From: Camelus dromedarius
Taxonomy: Eukaryota
Direction of reading: 5' to 3'
Assembly (NCBI RefSeq): GCF_036321535.1
Contig: NC_087437.1
Location: forward strand, 117,616,001 to 117,680,000
Length of the DNA: 64,000 nucleotides
Under the pieces are notes generated by a model. It saw nothing but the letters and a program-made list of their open reading frames with translations, searched no databases and was not told the origin of the DNA. The translations under genes and the position numbers were made by a program. The first letter of the stretch is position 1. Every line of letters starts with the position of its first letter. Shown piece by piece: positions 1 through 13,068 of the stretch.

Positions 1-252
1 TGGTTTGTGGCCGCATCCCTCTGACCTCTGCCTCTGTGACCACACGACCTTCTCCTCTTCTGTGTAATCGCCCTCTGCTTCCCTCTTCCAAGGACACAGA
101 CCTTTGGATTTAGGATCCGCCTGGATCATCTCGGATGATCTTACCTTGAGATTCTTACCTTAGTTACACCTACAAAGACCTTTTTCCCAAATAAGGTCAC
201 ATTCATGGTTCCAAGTGGACACATTTTTGGGGGAACACTAATCAATCCACTA
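1..252 (-). mobile_element. MaLR LTR fragment (MLT1 family), truncated by the window start
   Basis: Typical MLT1 antisense motifs: ...aaagacctttttcccaaataaggtcacattc... and ...tttttgggggaacacta...ccactac. Confidence 0.8.
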
Positions 253-668
253 CCTATCTCAAAGCACAGTTCACAACAGAGAAAAGGGCCACTACATTGC
301 TCTAACTCAACTTCCAGGAGAAATCTGTTAGAAGGTCAAAGCTGGTACCAGCAGGAGCATCACTGTGTTGCCTCCACCTCCTTCCTTGCCTCCAAGATAT
401 TGTTCTGCAATTCCCAGCCTGATTCCTGGAGGATGACCCTTTGCATAGATCTGTGGCCAGCAGTTCCTTGGGGTAATGGTGAGCACTCTGGACTCTGAAT
501 CCAGCGATCCTTTGCATAGATCTGGAATTTTTAGTTTTTGCACCTAAAATTTGGAATCTGGGGATAAATCCTTGAATTAGGCAGTACTACTTGGACAATT
601 TCTCATATATAAAAAAAGGGGTTTTATGAGTAAAAATCCCAAAGAATTAGCCTCAGATAATGGCATTT

Positions 669-1028
669 TATTTTCTTTTATTAAATTTTATTTTGTATTG
701 AAGTGGAGTTGATTTACTATGTTAGTTTCAGGTGTACAGCAAAGCAATTCAGTTCTACATATACATATACATACACATATATATATTCTTTTCTATTATA
801 TGTTATTACAAGAAATTGAATATAGTTCTCTGTGCTATGTAGCAGGTCTTTGTTGTTTATGTACTTTATATATAGTGCTGTGTATCTGTTCATTCTAAAC
901 TCCTAATTTATCCCTCTCCTGCCCTTTCCCCTTTGGCCACCACAGTTTGCTTTCTTTAAAAAAAATGAAAAAATTCTATTTACAAACCAAAACCAGAATC
1001 AGGGACATAGAAAACAAACCATAGAAAA
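669..1028 (-). mobile_element. 5'-truncated and 5'-inverted L1 3'-UTR insertion with TSD
   Basis: Antisense L1 3' end at ~669-955 plus a sense-orientated upstream L1 segment at ~956-1025. Flanked by TCA(G/A)ATAATGGCATTT at 653-668 and 1029-1044. Confidence 0.8.
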
Positions 1029-1559
1029 TCAAATAATGGCATTTCAGCTCCCTTAAAAATTAATGGGGCCTGATCTCTGTGGTCAGAGGTCACTCCTGTT
1101 GATTCTGGTTGGGGGGACCTGGCAGAGCAGCTCACCCTCCCCCTGTAAGAGGATCAGGGTCAGCGGGAACGAGAGGGTAAGAAGATATGGAGCAGGAAGA
1201 GCAAGGCGAGGCTGGAGAAGCAGAGGGAGAAGTGTGGGGACCACAATATGTCAGAAGGCAGGAAATGAACCCAACTGAGGGGAGAAATGGAAGCGCAGGA
1301 AGAACGGGAGGCTTTGAAACAAAACATTGTGAGGATGCAAACTCTTTCTTAGGATGTGCTACATCCTGGAGCTTTTCCATGCCCTGATGTCAATGCGAAA
1401 GGCAACTAGAAACCATACTAGTCTTCTCTGGATCTGGAATTCCGGCCTTGCGAGTCCTCACTTAGAGCCTGGACTTGGCTCAGAGCCGATCCAATGTAAA
1501 GCCATAAAGATCCAGCATGACCTGAAATCGAGGTGTACATTTACTTGTTTTCTTACCAC

Positions 1560-1700
1560 CTTTCTCGTGAGAATGAAGGCTCCATGGGGCCAGAGCTCCT
1601 GTCCATCATGCTCACCCTCGGGAATAAGATACCCAGTTCCTAACCTCGATGTCTGACACGTAGCAGGTGCCCATAAATATGTGATAAATGAAGGAGTGAC
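1560..1700 (+). mobile_element. L2 3'-end fragment
   Basis: agaatgaaggctccatggggccag...tctgacacgtagcaggtgcccataaatatgtgataaatgaa resembles the L2 terminus. Confidence 0.6.
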
Positions 1701-2084
1701 TGGTGACCTCAAGCTTTGTCTGCCTGTATTTTGTTCAGATTTGAATCTTTGAATTTTCTTTGACTTACTTCCTAGTCCTCGCTAGTGTCTGAGTTTCCCC
1801 CTGTTTGTCCCGCTGGTGGGGGACACACTCTCCCCCTGGGGTTGTGGAGAAGTGTAGCAGGCAGGAGCTCTCCCCCAAATCACGTTACTCCTGGTGCTCA
1901 TGTGTTAGGTGTTCACTTACATGGGTGCCATCTTCCCTCATCACAAACAACCAAATAATAATGTAATACAATAACATCAGTACTATTCTCATGTTTTTAG
2001 GAAAGTATAATATATTTGCAAATAAAAGAGACTCTTTCTTGTCTTTGGAGTGAGACTGAGGGAAGTTCAACCAACCAGCTGACC

Positions 2085-2230
2085 CGGGAGAAGTTGCTTG
2101 ACTTCTCTTAGCCTCAGTTCTTCATCTAAGTATGGAGAGTAAGGCTTTTACACAGATTAAATGTAAGGCAATATGATGTATAAACTTCCAGCCCAGCGTC
2201 TGGGGTGTACAAGGCTCTCCTTAATCGTGA
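2085..2230 (+). mobile_element. MIR SINE fragment
   Basis: Core gaagttgcttgacttctcttagcctcagttcttcatc. Confidence 0.6.
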
Positions 2231-3959
2231 TTACCTTCATCGTGATTGTGTGGCTAGTTCTTTTGAGACACATGTCTTAGCATAAAACGTTTGTGAACAT
2301 TCTTGAGAAAATACCAGTTTGCATGCATTTTAGAAGATAAAAAGGGCCACTGGGGGTGGGACAGTAGGCGTCATGGCCATATTCCAAATTGTAATGGCAT
2401 GCTCCTTTGACAAAGTTCTAAGCACTGCTCTCTCCTTAATGATCATGCATACCTTCACACTTGCTTGCGGGTAAAGACTGAAGTCCATACATGTTTTGAA
2501 CACACGTTTTGGCCATAAAGGATTGGGGCTCAGCCCTTCCCCTGGGTCCCACGGGAAGAGGGCACCGTGGTCGACCCATGCTTGCTGTCTGGCTCCCCAG
2601 AAATCCTTTGTTTCCTCTTTCTCCCACCTTTTCTAGGCAGACTTCTAGGACGTGGTAGCCAGACCACATTCATCGGAGGGAAGATGAAAGGAAATCAGTG
2701 GTTCTGGCTTTACAGCCCACGTGAGAAATCTGTGCCCTTTCTCCAGGGGGTTTAATTTTTTTACATTATGAACTCTCTGGCAGGCAGTGAATTTCCTTTA
2801 AGACAGTCACTGCACGAAGCTTCTGTTGGCAGAAATAGCTTTGTGGAGCTATAAAAATTTTGGCAGAGTTCGAGAAACACACTGGTGGTCCCAGCCCATC
2901 TCCAAGGGACCGCTCCACCAAACCCCAGGAATCAAACAGTTTGGTCCAGGCCCCACTGACGGCGAGCATGATGCTGGAATTTATTACACAGTTCAGAGTC
3001 TAATGATCCTGGGAAACAATAAAGAAACAGAGATTAAATTCCCAGCCGTGCAGCATAACTCTTCCAACAAATGGATCCGATCCTGTCTCTTATTGTGGAC
3101 TCCCAAGATTGACTTTGAAAGTCTAGACATTTCTGTCGTGGGTGCTACTTAACAGAGAGGCTGGTTCCAAAATCATCGAGTGCTCTGTTGTAGAACAAAT
3201 GGAGTCTTAATGACCCGCGGTGCCGCGTGAATACTGATGCTAACAGGTACTTTCCATTTAGGAAGTAAGGACAGGGTAACCCAAAATCAGCCCCGATGGC
3301 TGGCTAATGACTAGACAAGAGCAAACTGCCACATCCATTAAGGAAACTGAAGCGGCCGTCTTCTCTCGTCTACCTGCACTTTCTCCGCATCTGCTGAGCT
3401 TCCACAGTCTTCTGAATGTGTCTACCAGTTTTCTTCCAACCATTAAGTGCTCCGTTTCCCATTTACTGTTACTCAGTTAACAATAAAGGAACTCGATATA
3501 AAAAAAAACCTTAGTGCAAAGAGTTGAATACTTAAAACACATTAACTGGGTCCTCCAAGTAAGAGTGAGGCCTTGCAGATGGCCCAGGAGCTCTTGTGGG
3601 TTACCACTGCGTGCATCAGAACTGCCGTCGCTGAGCCCAGTTAAGAATGTAGGTTTCAAAACGTATAGAACCGGCTGGGTGGGAGGATGGATGGCTCTTC
3701 TGCATAATCGGACAAAGCGAAAGTAAAGGGCTCTCAGGATAAACAAAAATGATGACCTGTCTTCAGTCAGAACCATGAGAATCATGTCTTGACCTACCAG
3801 CCGTCCCTCAAAATCAGTGTGTTAGACATCACAGCCTGCTTCCAGAGCTTGTCTGAAAAGAGTAAATTTTTTTTTTTAAATCCCAGCCATTGTTTGAGGC
3901 TTACTTTGCTTTCCTTTTTTCTTTTTAACCAAGAGTTAGTTACAGTCCAATAAGATCAC

Positions 3960-4115
3960 CAGGACTGAGAGTCAGGCTACCTGAGTCTTAGCTCTGGTTC
4001 TGCCACTATCTAGTTTGGTGAACTACTGACAGACCTCTGAGTATTAACTCAGTGTCCTCGTCTCTGAAGTGGAGACATTGGACCAGATCACCCTCAGGGT
4101 CCACTTCTGTTTTAA
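3960..4115 (+). mobile_element. MIR/MIR3 SINE fragment
   Basis: ggactgagagtcagg...ctggttctgccacta...ctcagtgtcctcgtctctgaagtggag...ggaccagatcaccctcagggtcc. Confidence 0.6.
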
Positions 4116-4410
4116 TCCGCACTGAGACATTTAGACAACGACGCTCCCCACTGGTCAAACTTCTTCCCGCTTCCAAGCTCAAAAAGACACTTTAAGAACC
4201 AACACAAAACAGAAAAGAGAACAGAGTTCTGGGGTCTTGAACGGGACTGGAATACCCTAGGTGTGGAAATACAGTTTACACGCTTTAGCGCAGTGGTTCC
4301 CCTAATTTTCATCACGTACAATCCCGTCATTTGGAGATTGACTTCATACTTTGCCTATAAATGTACAACTTTGGGATCAGGACACACAAATTTCTCCAAA
4401 ATACTTGAAC

Positions 4411-5170
4411 TGTTTTTACTCACAACACTTCTGGTACCAAATGTGTGGGGTTTTCCATTCCAAGCAATTCCTCAAATTTTCCGAGGACACCAGCTGGGGG
4501 TCCTATAATTCGATTCAGTTCTGACACTAACTACTTGGAGGTAGCAGAGACCCCACAAGTTTAAGGCTCAGCCCACAGGCCTGCCCTCACTTCAGAGACC
4601 AGTTCCAAGTCCAGGCCACCCGTACATGGACCTGCCAGCTATAAACTGAGGGCTCCTACGACCCCTTCCTTGGGTTTATAACTTTCTAGAAGGCTCACAG
4701 AGCCAGGAAATCGTTTTACTTACGTTCATTGGTTTATTATAAAGGATGTGACTCGGAACAGCCCGATGGAGGAGATGCGCAGGGCCAGGCACTGGAGGTT
4801 TGTGCTGGGCGTCCGTGCCCTCTCTGGTCTCGTGACTCTCCCAGCACCCAGGAGCTCATCACGTCCTGTCCTTCAAGAGTTTTCACAGAGCTCAACCTCC
4901 AGCCCCATGTCCCCTTTCCTGGGAGTCCGTGTGTGGGGCTGAGTTCCGGCCCTCCAATGCCTTGGTCTTTCTGGTGACCAGCCCCCCATCAGAGGCCAGC
5001 TGGGGACCCCACTCTAAGTCGCCTCATTAGCATGAACTCAGGTTTGATCAAAAGGGGCTCCTTAGGAACAACCAAAACCACTCCTATCACTCAGGAAATT
5101 CCAAGGGTTTTAGGAGCTCTGTGCCAAGAATGGGGACAGAGACCAACTATATTTAGTGCACGACACCACA
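4411..5170 (-). mobile_element. MER21-like ERV LTR
   Basis: acaccagctggg...cagttctgacactaactac...gaccccacaagtttaaggctcag and tcactcaggaaattccaagggttttaggagctctgtgcca are characteristic MER21 antisense blocks. Confidence 0.75.
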
Positions 5171-5515
5171 CTTCTTGGCTACGCAGCTGGGGTTCCCACA
5201 AACCCCTCTCCCTTTCAACTTCGATAGTTCGCTAGACTCACGGGACTCAGGGAAGTACTTTACTCACTGTGACTGACTTATTATAAAGGATACTATTCAG
5301 AAGCAGCCCAATGGGAGAGCCGCCCAGAGCAAGGTGTGCGGGGGGAGCACGGAGCTCCCGTGCCCTCTCTGGGCACGTGGTCTTCCCAGCATCTTGATGT
5401 GTCCCTCAACCCGGAAGTCTGCTGAACCCCAACGTGTGGTGGTTTTTATGGGGTTTCATTAAGTAGGCATGAGCGATTAAATCACCGGCCTTCGGTGACT
5501 GAACTCAGCCTTCAG
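5171..5515 (-). mobile_element. Second, more diverged MER21/MER77-like LTR fragment abutting the first
   Basis: Repeats the ...ttattataaagga...cagccc(g/a)atgg... block also seen at ~4735-4770. Confidence 0.6.
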
Positions 5516-6275
5516 ACCTAGTCATGTAGGCTGCCCGGAATTCGTGCTGCAAAGGAAGGCATTTCATAGGATTCCATTGATGGGACTCAGAACTTAAGCA
5601 TCCTTCTGCCACTTAATTAATAGATCAAAAAAATGAAGTCTTTGTGTCGGAGACCACGTTTTACGCAGGAAGTGAATATATGATTAAGATAGGGTTCTTG
5701 TTCTCAGGGTGGGGGGAGGACACTCATTGTTCCCCATTGTTTAAAGTGTCAAGACACAAAGGTACAGGCTGTATTGTGGGAGTTTAGCCTGAACTTCAGA
5801 CCGAGAGTCAGGGCCTAACTCATTTTGTACTGAGCCATCAATGTCTTTGAATTTCAGCATCACATCCCTCTTCTGTGCCATTGCTGATGCAGTGAGTCTG
5901 CAGACAGTGATCAGCAGCCGTCCTGAGACTCCCTGCAGGGTTCAATGTGGCACTTCCCAGGACGGCTCAAGGGAGATTTCTATTTAACAGTGGCACTTGC
6001 TTCATCACCAGATGATCTTTAACAAGAATGTTGAATCAAACATCGAAGCAAAAGAAGGGAGAGGGGGCAGCATGGTTTTGGAAACTCCCTGAATTCCCTT
6101 AAGAACACACAGAGCAACCAGGATAACAAAACCCAAAACCCACAGGCACCAACTTGAGATTTAGTGGTAAGGTAACCCCACAGATCCCGATATCTAAGCG
6201 AGTCAAAAGCCCGGGCCAACAGATGCCATCACGCCACCCCTTCCAGCTCATCTCCTCCTCAGGTCCTCACCATCT

Positions 6276-6326
6276 TTCCCTCCCTCCCTCCCTCCCTCCC
6301 TCCTTCCCTCATTCCTTTCTCCCTTC
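6276..6326. repeat. (CCCT)n/(CCTT)n polypyrimidine simple repeat
   Basis: tttccctccctccctccctccctccctccttccctcattcctttctcccttcc, read directly. Confidence 0.85.
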
Positions 6327-7876
6327 CAAAAGGGAATTTATTGGCCATTGCTCTCCCCCAGCCAGTGCCATCCACTGGACTCTCCTCAAATCTGAGGGTC
6401 ACATGCATGGGATTTTCCAGAATCCCCTTGGTTTCATGTAATTTTATTCTTTTCAATAAAGTCAATTTGCTAAAAGCATAGAACGAAATGCTATTTTTGT
6501 AGGCTTGTAAAACTTCTCATAAATAAATTCATAAATCCTAAAAATAATCTTATTTCTAAAAGTGCACCATGACTATGGCTTGGGAAAAACAGTTTTTAGA
6601 GAGGACACAAAGGGACACATTTAAATTGAACAGCTGGAGAAAGAAGCTAGAAAAACAGTTCCTCCTCTAAATAAGACAGAAGGATGTGATGGGCAGCGCA
6701 GTTCAGTGAAATCTGCAACGATTGCTTGTGAGATTTCACGGTGTTGGTTTGCGTTCCTGACGCGGCCCAGCTGTGACTGAAGTTTGAGTGGCCCAGGACT
6801 GTGTGCAGTTTTCTGCTACCAGGGGCTTCCTTTTCCTCACTTTGCTGACCCATCCCAGCCCCTCACTCTGCCAGGCGGAGTGAATGCATCCTTCTGAGTC
6901 CCTCACCAGCCCGTGGTACTCCCTGTTCCCTCCTTCCCTGGGGTCATCTCTGATGCTCACGCGTGTGCACAAAAACATGCCGCAGACTCCCAGGCACACT
7001 TCTCTGGCCCTGACTGGTCTCCGGAATTCCAGACCCGTATTTCCAGGTAACTGGAGGACACCTCCAAGGAGGCTGGAACTTTGGAGCCTGGATCCGTGGG
7101 CACTTTTGGAGTCCAGGGATGGCGACTGGAGATCCACATGCATTTTTCTGAGGAGATACATAGAATTTGTCAGATTTGTACGTGGTCCCTGGGGCCCCCT
7201 CCCTCAGCAAAGCTGATGCTCAGTGGGTGTGTACCTGGGTCAGGCATGGGTCCAAGCGCTTCATCTGAAATGCTACGTGATGCAGTGGTCCTTGTGCACC
7301 CTGAGTGGTCCCCTTTTTTGACTATGACGAGATGGAGGAGCAGTGAAACCGTAAGCAGCCATGGTCAGAGCTAATGGACATAAAGGTCAGGTTCAGCTCC
7401 GGGCTTGTAGACGCCCAAACGCAGGTTTTTAACCCCAGGGTTCTTCTGTCTCCTTTGCCTCCTAAAGTGAACAGCCCCCACTCTAATCCCATGCTCTCCA
7501 CTGGACCCTGGTGTCATCGCTGTGACCCGTCCCATCCTCCAGGCCCTGCCTTTCCCTCCCTCAGCCAGTCATGGGATCTGTTTTTCTGCACTTTTGATCC
7601 TCTTCCTTCCAGATGTCTCTCATAGCCCCCGCTCCACTCTAACCCCAAATACCATGTCTGAGTTAGTTGGTCAGACCAAATTATCATCGCACTGGCCTCC
7701 TGCCCTTCCTTTTCACATCCATCTGCCACCTGCTGCCACCCTGTCTCTCTGAAGCATCGATCGGATTGATTGGCTCACATTCCTCTGCTCAGACATGTCC
7801 GTGGCTTTTAGTGAGAAGCCGAGTCACTCCATGATCAAGGTCACTCTGACCTTTCCAGCTGAAGTTCTGACCAGCT

Positions 7877-7898
7877 CACACACACACACACACACACA
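7877..7898. repeat. (CA)11 microsatellite
   Basis: Perfect CA run, read directly. Confidence 0.95.
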
Positions 7899-8744
7899 GA
7901 ACTGAGCCTTGTTCATGGTTCCTCCTCTGAGATGTGCCATCTAGCTCCTCTTTCTGGAATCTCTGTTGACTTAATCCCGTCCCCATCAAACCATACCAGT
8001 GGTCCATCACCTTTCCACGTGTGATCCCTCCTGAATCACCCCATTCAGAACACTCTCCTCCCTTCGGTCCCCAGGGCCTCACAGCAGGCGCCTGGTCTAA
8101 GGCGTTGTAGTCAGGGGTGTATGATTCTGTTCCCTCCAACACACAAATCAGGTCCCACTCAGCTTTTCCTCTGGCGCCCCTGTGCCAGTCCCTGACGTCT
8201 CCAAGTCTGTCTCCCCAGGTCTCCTGCAGGTGTCTGACACAGGACATTCAATGGCATCTCTGGTTGGAATGTGACCTCTTTTTCAGCTGCCACATTTTCC
8301 AAATGACAGCCACATGGTCGGATTGGTGGGTGGGGTGTGAAAGAAATACTAAGGGAGGTTTGCGCCCGTGGAAAGTCTGGGAACGCCCGTCTGAGTGCTG
8401 GAACTCTCCAAGTCCTGCCGGTCCCTGAGCCTTGGACCCCTGGACCCACTGAGGGAGGAAACAATCACCAGTGAGGGAGAGGAAGGAGCGGAAGGGGGTG
8501 GGGTGGGGCAGACTGCGCCCCACGTGGAATGTCGTGGACCCGTCCTGTCTGAGTTCAGGCAGCGACCGCTCAGAACACTCCTTGAGCTCCAGCCCCTCTG
8601 GGGAGGGGGACGCTCAACCCAGCTGTGCCTCTGAGATCCTTCACCCACCAATACCCCCAGCTGCTGGGGAAATGAAGGGGGCTCCGGGTGACCCACTGGG
8701 ACACCAGCCATACCTTTATAACTCCAAACATAAGAGTCTTCTAG

Positions 8745-8890
8745 AACTTGTATGGGCACTAGAGATTCTCTAGTCCAAAAGTTTCATTTTATAAGTCAGA
8801 AAAATGAGGTCCAAATTCAGTAAAATGTCCATCCAAGTCAGTGGTGACACAGCTTTTCAGTGGCTGAGCCAGGACCAGAGGGCACCTCGC
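8745..8890 (-). mobile_element. MIR/MIR3 fragment
   Basis: agagattctctagtccaa...cattttataagtcagaaaaatgaggtcc...gtgacacagc...gtggctgagccaggaccaga. Confidence 0.55.
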
Positions 8891-9919
8891 CTGCTTCGTG
8901 GTCCATCTCTTTTTCCACATGTGTAACGAACACCCACTGCCCCCCTCCCCACAATGGACCCAAGTTGCTTCTGGTGGTGGTGGGGTGTTCCCGTGTTGAC
9001 AAACCACAGGTGACCAACCTGTAAGATCCTTGCTAAGTCTCTGCGAAGGAAGTCACAGGGCTGACACTCAGCACCCCTGCATGGAAGCAGCGAGACAGGC
9101 TGGAAGCATCTGCAGGATGAAAAGAAGGCATTAGAATATTGATCTTACCTCCAAACCTCTCGACAGTCGTGCCCGATGGCTACGAACTCCAGGAGGACAA
9201 GACCCCCCACCCAGTCATGGGCGCACCCCCAGCACCTAGCGCAGAGCTGGCACGTGGCGGGCCACACCAAAGGCTTTCTGAGCTAATAAACCTCTTCATA
9301 ACTGGTAACTGGCTCATCCAAACTGCTAACATAGGCTCTCCTTCAAAAGTTCCCTCAGAAATTAGCATTATCTTCTCAAGTCTTATTCTGAACTAAAAAA
9401 AATGCTCTAAAATGAACATCATGATCTCATTCTATTCCAAGTCACCAACCTGCTGTCTTCCCACTGGGACTGTTATGATTTAGCACCTAGGAAATTCCCC
9501 AGCCAGCAGGTCCCATGGTGGGATGGAGGGCCAGAGACTCGCTGCGGTGTGTCCTGGGGAACAGTGCCTGCAAGGGAGGAGGGAAGCAGACCTGGGCAGA
9601 GGGAGATGCTGAGCTGAGAGGAAGGCACAAGGGAGGTCTTGGCTGGGGAGGGGGCTCTGGAACCAGGGTGCCCTCTCAGTCCTCTCAAGTCAAGGCTAAG
9701 GGTGAGGCCTCTGTGCTCTGCAGCGACCAGTCCTTGGACGCCAGCTGACCAGGGCAGGGAGCATCGCCATGGGTGGGGCAGCTCACCCCCCAGCTAGGGC
9801 TGGTCCTGGACAGTGTCTCAGCTGTGAGCCATGGCTTTGGTCTTGAAGCGGGTGACAGACACAGCATCATCTGCATTCAGCGATTTGTTAATGTGTCTGG
9901 ATATGACGAGGGGCCCGCT

Positions 9920-10117
9920 GCGGTCCCACAGCACCAGACAAGACTGATGCTCCTAGCACGTGCTGAGGCTCACGGTGCGGCCCACTCTGTGGGCGCCTAC
10001 AGCTGCCTCTGCTCTCGGCCCAGGTCACCCTCAATCTTTCCCTCATTCCCAAATTCCAAGGCTCTGCAGTACTGGGGGTTAGGACTTCAATATGGGAATA
10101 CAATTCAACACATAACA
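9920..10117 (-). mobile_element. MaLR (MLT1A-like) LTR fragment
   Basis: Ends ...tactgggggttaggacttcaatatgggaatacaattcaacacataaca. Confidence 0.6.
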
Positions 10118-10504
10118 AGAAGGGGGGGGGGGAAGTGATTGTAAATACTATCGCTATAATTTAATATATTTTCTCTACCTCTTGCCCAAGTACATAAGTC
10201 TTTGGAATCCCAGCTGGCCGTGGATATGGGCAATGTCAGAGAGTGGAGATTTTTGGTGGTGATCTAATGGTCCCTGGGCCAAAACAGGGCTTCTGGCTTT
10301 TACAATGAAACGTGTCCCTGGAAACTTCTTTGAAGGGCAGAGCTCCCCAAAGCAGACAGAGATGTGCACTGTGTTCATCTTTTGGTCTCTAGAAGTGTGT
10401 CTGCTTTTCAGATAAGGCATGCGGTGATTTGAGGTCAAGAGTTGGCCGAGGGCACCTGTAGCTGTAGCAACTGGTGTGTGTTTTCATTGTGTATTAATTG
10501 TAAT

Positions 10505-10660
10505 AAGTGATAATAATGACTCTAACACTTTATTCGGGTTTCCTATGTGCTGGGCACTGGGCTGAATATTCTACACGTGTTATTTCACTTACGTTAGATG
10601 TGAAAATGGAGGATCAGAGCAGTCAAGACATGTGCCCAAGGTGAGCAGCCCGCAGATGCC
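10505..10660 (-). mobile_element. MIR fragment
   Basis: ctatgtgctgggcactgggctgaat...tagatgtgaaaatggaggatcagag...tgcccaaggtgagcagc. Confidence 0.65.
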
Positions 10661-10881
10661 CTGAGAGCCAGTCGGACAGCGGCGGGAGGAGGTATGAGGT
10701 GAGGCCCCCCACGTGGGGGAGGGGCTCCCAACTAAGTGAGAATCGAGGTCTGCCTCTGTTCCATGCACACCTGAACACCTGCTCTCGGGTGCCCTCCCAG
10801 GTGCCCTCCCAGGGGTCCTCAAGCCACTGCTGAGGGTGGCACTGTGCCCACCTCCTCACTTTTCTGCCTCTTCTACCCCAA

Positions 10882-11066
10882 ACAGTGGTTCTCCAAGCCG
10901 GGCACCTGGGCCGGCAGCCTCAGCGCCACCTGAGCTCTTTTTAGTCATGCAGAGCCTGGGGCCCCTCCCCAGACACGCTGAGCCAGATACTCTGGGGTGG
11001 GGGCCAGAAATCTGTGCTTTTTCAAACCCTCCAGGTGAGACTGATGCACTCAAATCTGAAAGCACG
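10882..11066 (+). mobile_element. MER5A-like hAT-Charlie MITE
   Basis: cagtggttctccaa...ggcccctccccagacacgctgagccagatactctggggtgggggccagaaatctgtgcttttt...ccctccaggtga...ctgatgcac. Confidence 0.75.
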
Positions 11067-12169
11067 AAGCCAAACTGCCAGGTTTACAAACCCTCGGCCA
11101 AGAATTGACTGAGAGGAATCTGCTTTTCAATTGGGATGGACTTCCCCTTGGATGCAGAAGACCCTGCTTTGCCCACTGGCCACGGACAGCTCCCCGGGCG
11201 GGGCGGCCGGGCTTCTGGGCTTGGGTCCCCGGTCCAGCATCTTTCTGCCCCACGGCATCCCTGCTTGTCTGGCTCATTCTTCCACAGCATTCTTAATGCC
11301 TGTCTGTGTAATAAGCATTTTTACTTTCCATCAGCAACCACACTTTAATTTTTGCTGTGAAATTAGTTTTAATGGATGGAAACCCTTTAGCACTTTGTGC
11401 TGTGTTTCCATGTTCCTGGAGAAGGGTCAAGTAGGAATGCTTATGGCGAGTTAATTAACATTTTGCAGTTAATTCAGAAATCCGAGGTTTTAAACATTTG
11501 ACTCCCAGGGATGCTGAACACATCCCTTCAATAATTTATATGAAGGAGAGGATGGTCTTTGATCTGGCCATGACAGAAAGCAAATTAGATGGGCTCATTT
11601 TGTTTTGCCACTTGACAAGCGGCTCCCCCAACCCCATTCAGCTGCTTCACCAGCTACAGGGGTGGTGGGGGAGAACACCCAGACCATCTGGGCAGGGACA
11701 GGTCAGCGTTCAGGACCGAAGGGTGAGCACGGGCAGGTGAGTGCAGCCAGGTTCTGCCCCCCAGCAGAAGCTGTTCCTAGTCCTCTGTCCACCCTGGGAC
11801 TTATGAGTAGGAAGAGGGCAGACCTGGGGCCTCAAGTTCCTGAGCCTCTGATGCTGTGCTCCCATGACGCTGGGGAAAAGGGGCGAAGACAAGACCTGCC
11901 CAGCGTGGGTGCCGATGGTGTTACTGTCACTGGGTTTCAACCCAGATGCTGTCAATGTAACTGCGCAGTTTGATTGAATTAAATGCTCTTCCCCTGGGGG
12001 TCTTGTAATTCCCCCCAGCCCCCATGCTCAATGTTGAGATCTGTGTGGGGCAGGACTGGAACTGTCAGACTGCAGTGAGGTGGTCGGCTAGAAGGATGGG
12101 CGTTTAAGACAGGCGGGGTAGCCCAGTGGTCAAGGCCGTTGACGATGGGGTTGCTGCAGGGTGTGCGTC

Positions 12170-12320
12170 CCATCTCTGGGAGCAAGTTCCTTGGCCCCTT
12201 CTAGGCCTCAGTTTCTTCATCCACAGAGTGGAGATGGTGATAACCATCCCCACCTCATGGAACTGTCCTGCAGAACCCAAGACTCTGTATTCATCAAGTG
12301 CTCAGAACAGGCACTGAGTG
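12170..12320 (+). mobile_element. MIR fragment
   Basis: gagcaagttccttggccccttctaggcctcagtttcttcatccacagagtggagatggtgataacc. Confidence 0.65.
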
Positions 12321-12444
12321 TGAAAGTACAAGAGACTCAGCCAATGATCTGACTTGTTTTCTAGTGATTTCTTTTTCCTCCTAAAGACATAAGACAGAAA
12401 CAATCATTCTGGTTAATGGAATTAATTGAGGGTTTTGGAGATGA

Positions 12445-13061
12445 TGTAACTGAGAAGGATGCTGTGGGACCTTCCCAGGACAGACTCCCCCATGTCCTCC
12501 ATCTGCCTCCTGGTTGTAGAGGAATTTTAGCCACCTTGGCCTTCCCCATTCCAAAGAATAAATTTAATCAGACAAATAAGAAAATGAAGAAACAAAGGAA
12601 AATAGTCAAGTAAGACAAAATAATAATAATAATAGTTTAGCCATTAACCTTTGGTTCCTCCTCAAGGGCTATAGATAATATTGTATGTCCTTTGAGCTAC
12701 TTTGCAGACATTGAAACCCCTACCAGGTGGGAGAAGTTAACTGGACGCTGTCCACCAGCAGGTAGACCCCAGACTGACTGGGACCAGAAGGTTGATGAGG
12801 TTGACTCCGGATTACCTCACCACCAGCCAATCAGAAAAATGTCCGTGAGCTGATCATGAACCCCACAGCCCCCCTCCCTCACCCTGTCTTTAAAAACCTT
12901 TCCCTGAAAGCCATCAGGCCATTCTGGTCTTTTGAGCACTAGCTACCTGGGCTCCTTGCTTGGCGCCTGCAACAAACATGGCGCTTTCCTTCACCACAAC
13001 CCGGGGTCAGTGGATTGCCTTTACTACACGGGCGAGCAGATCCAACTTTGGTTTGGTAACA
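12445..13061 (+). mobile_element. ERV1-class solo LTR (617 bp) with 4-bp TSD
   Basis: TGTAAC...GTAACA termini and ATGA duplicated on both sides (12441-12444, 13062-13065). Internal CCAAT box (agccaatcag), TATA-like tctttaaaaa, and a degenerate poly(A) signal. Confidence 0.88.
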
Positions 13062-13068
13062 ATGACTT

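Noticed and set aside
10788..10812. Tandem 12-mer GGTGCCCTCCCA x2
   Set aside because: It is a simple slippage duplication with no array structure.
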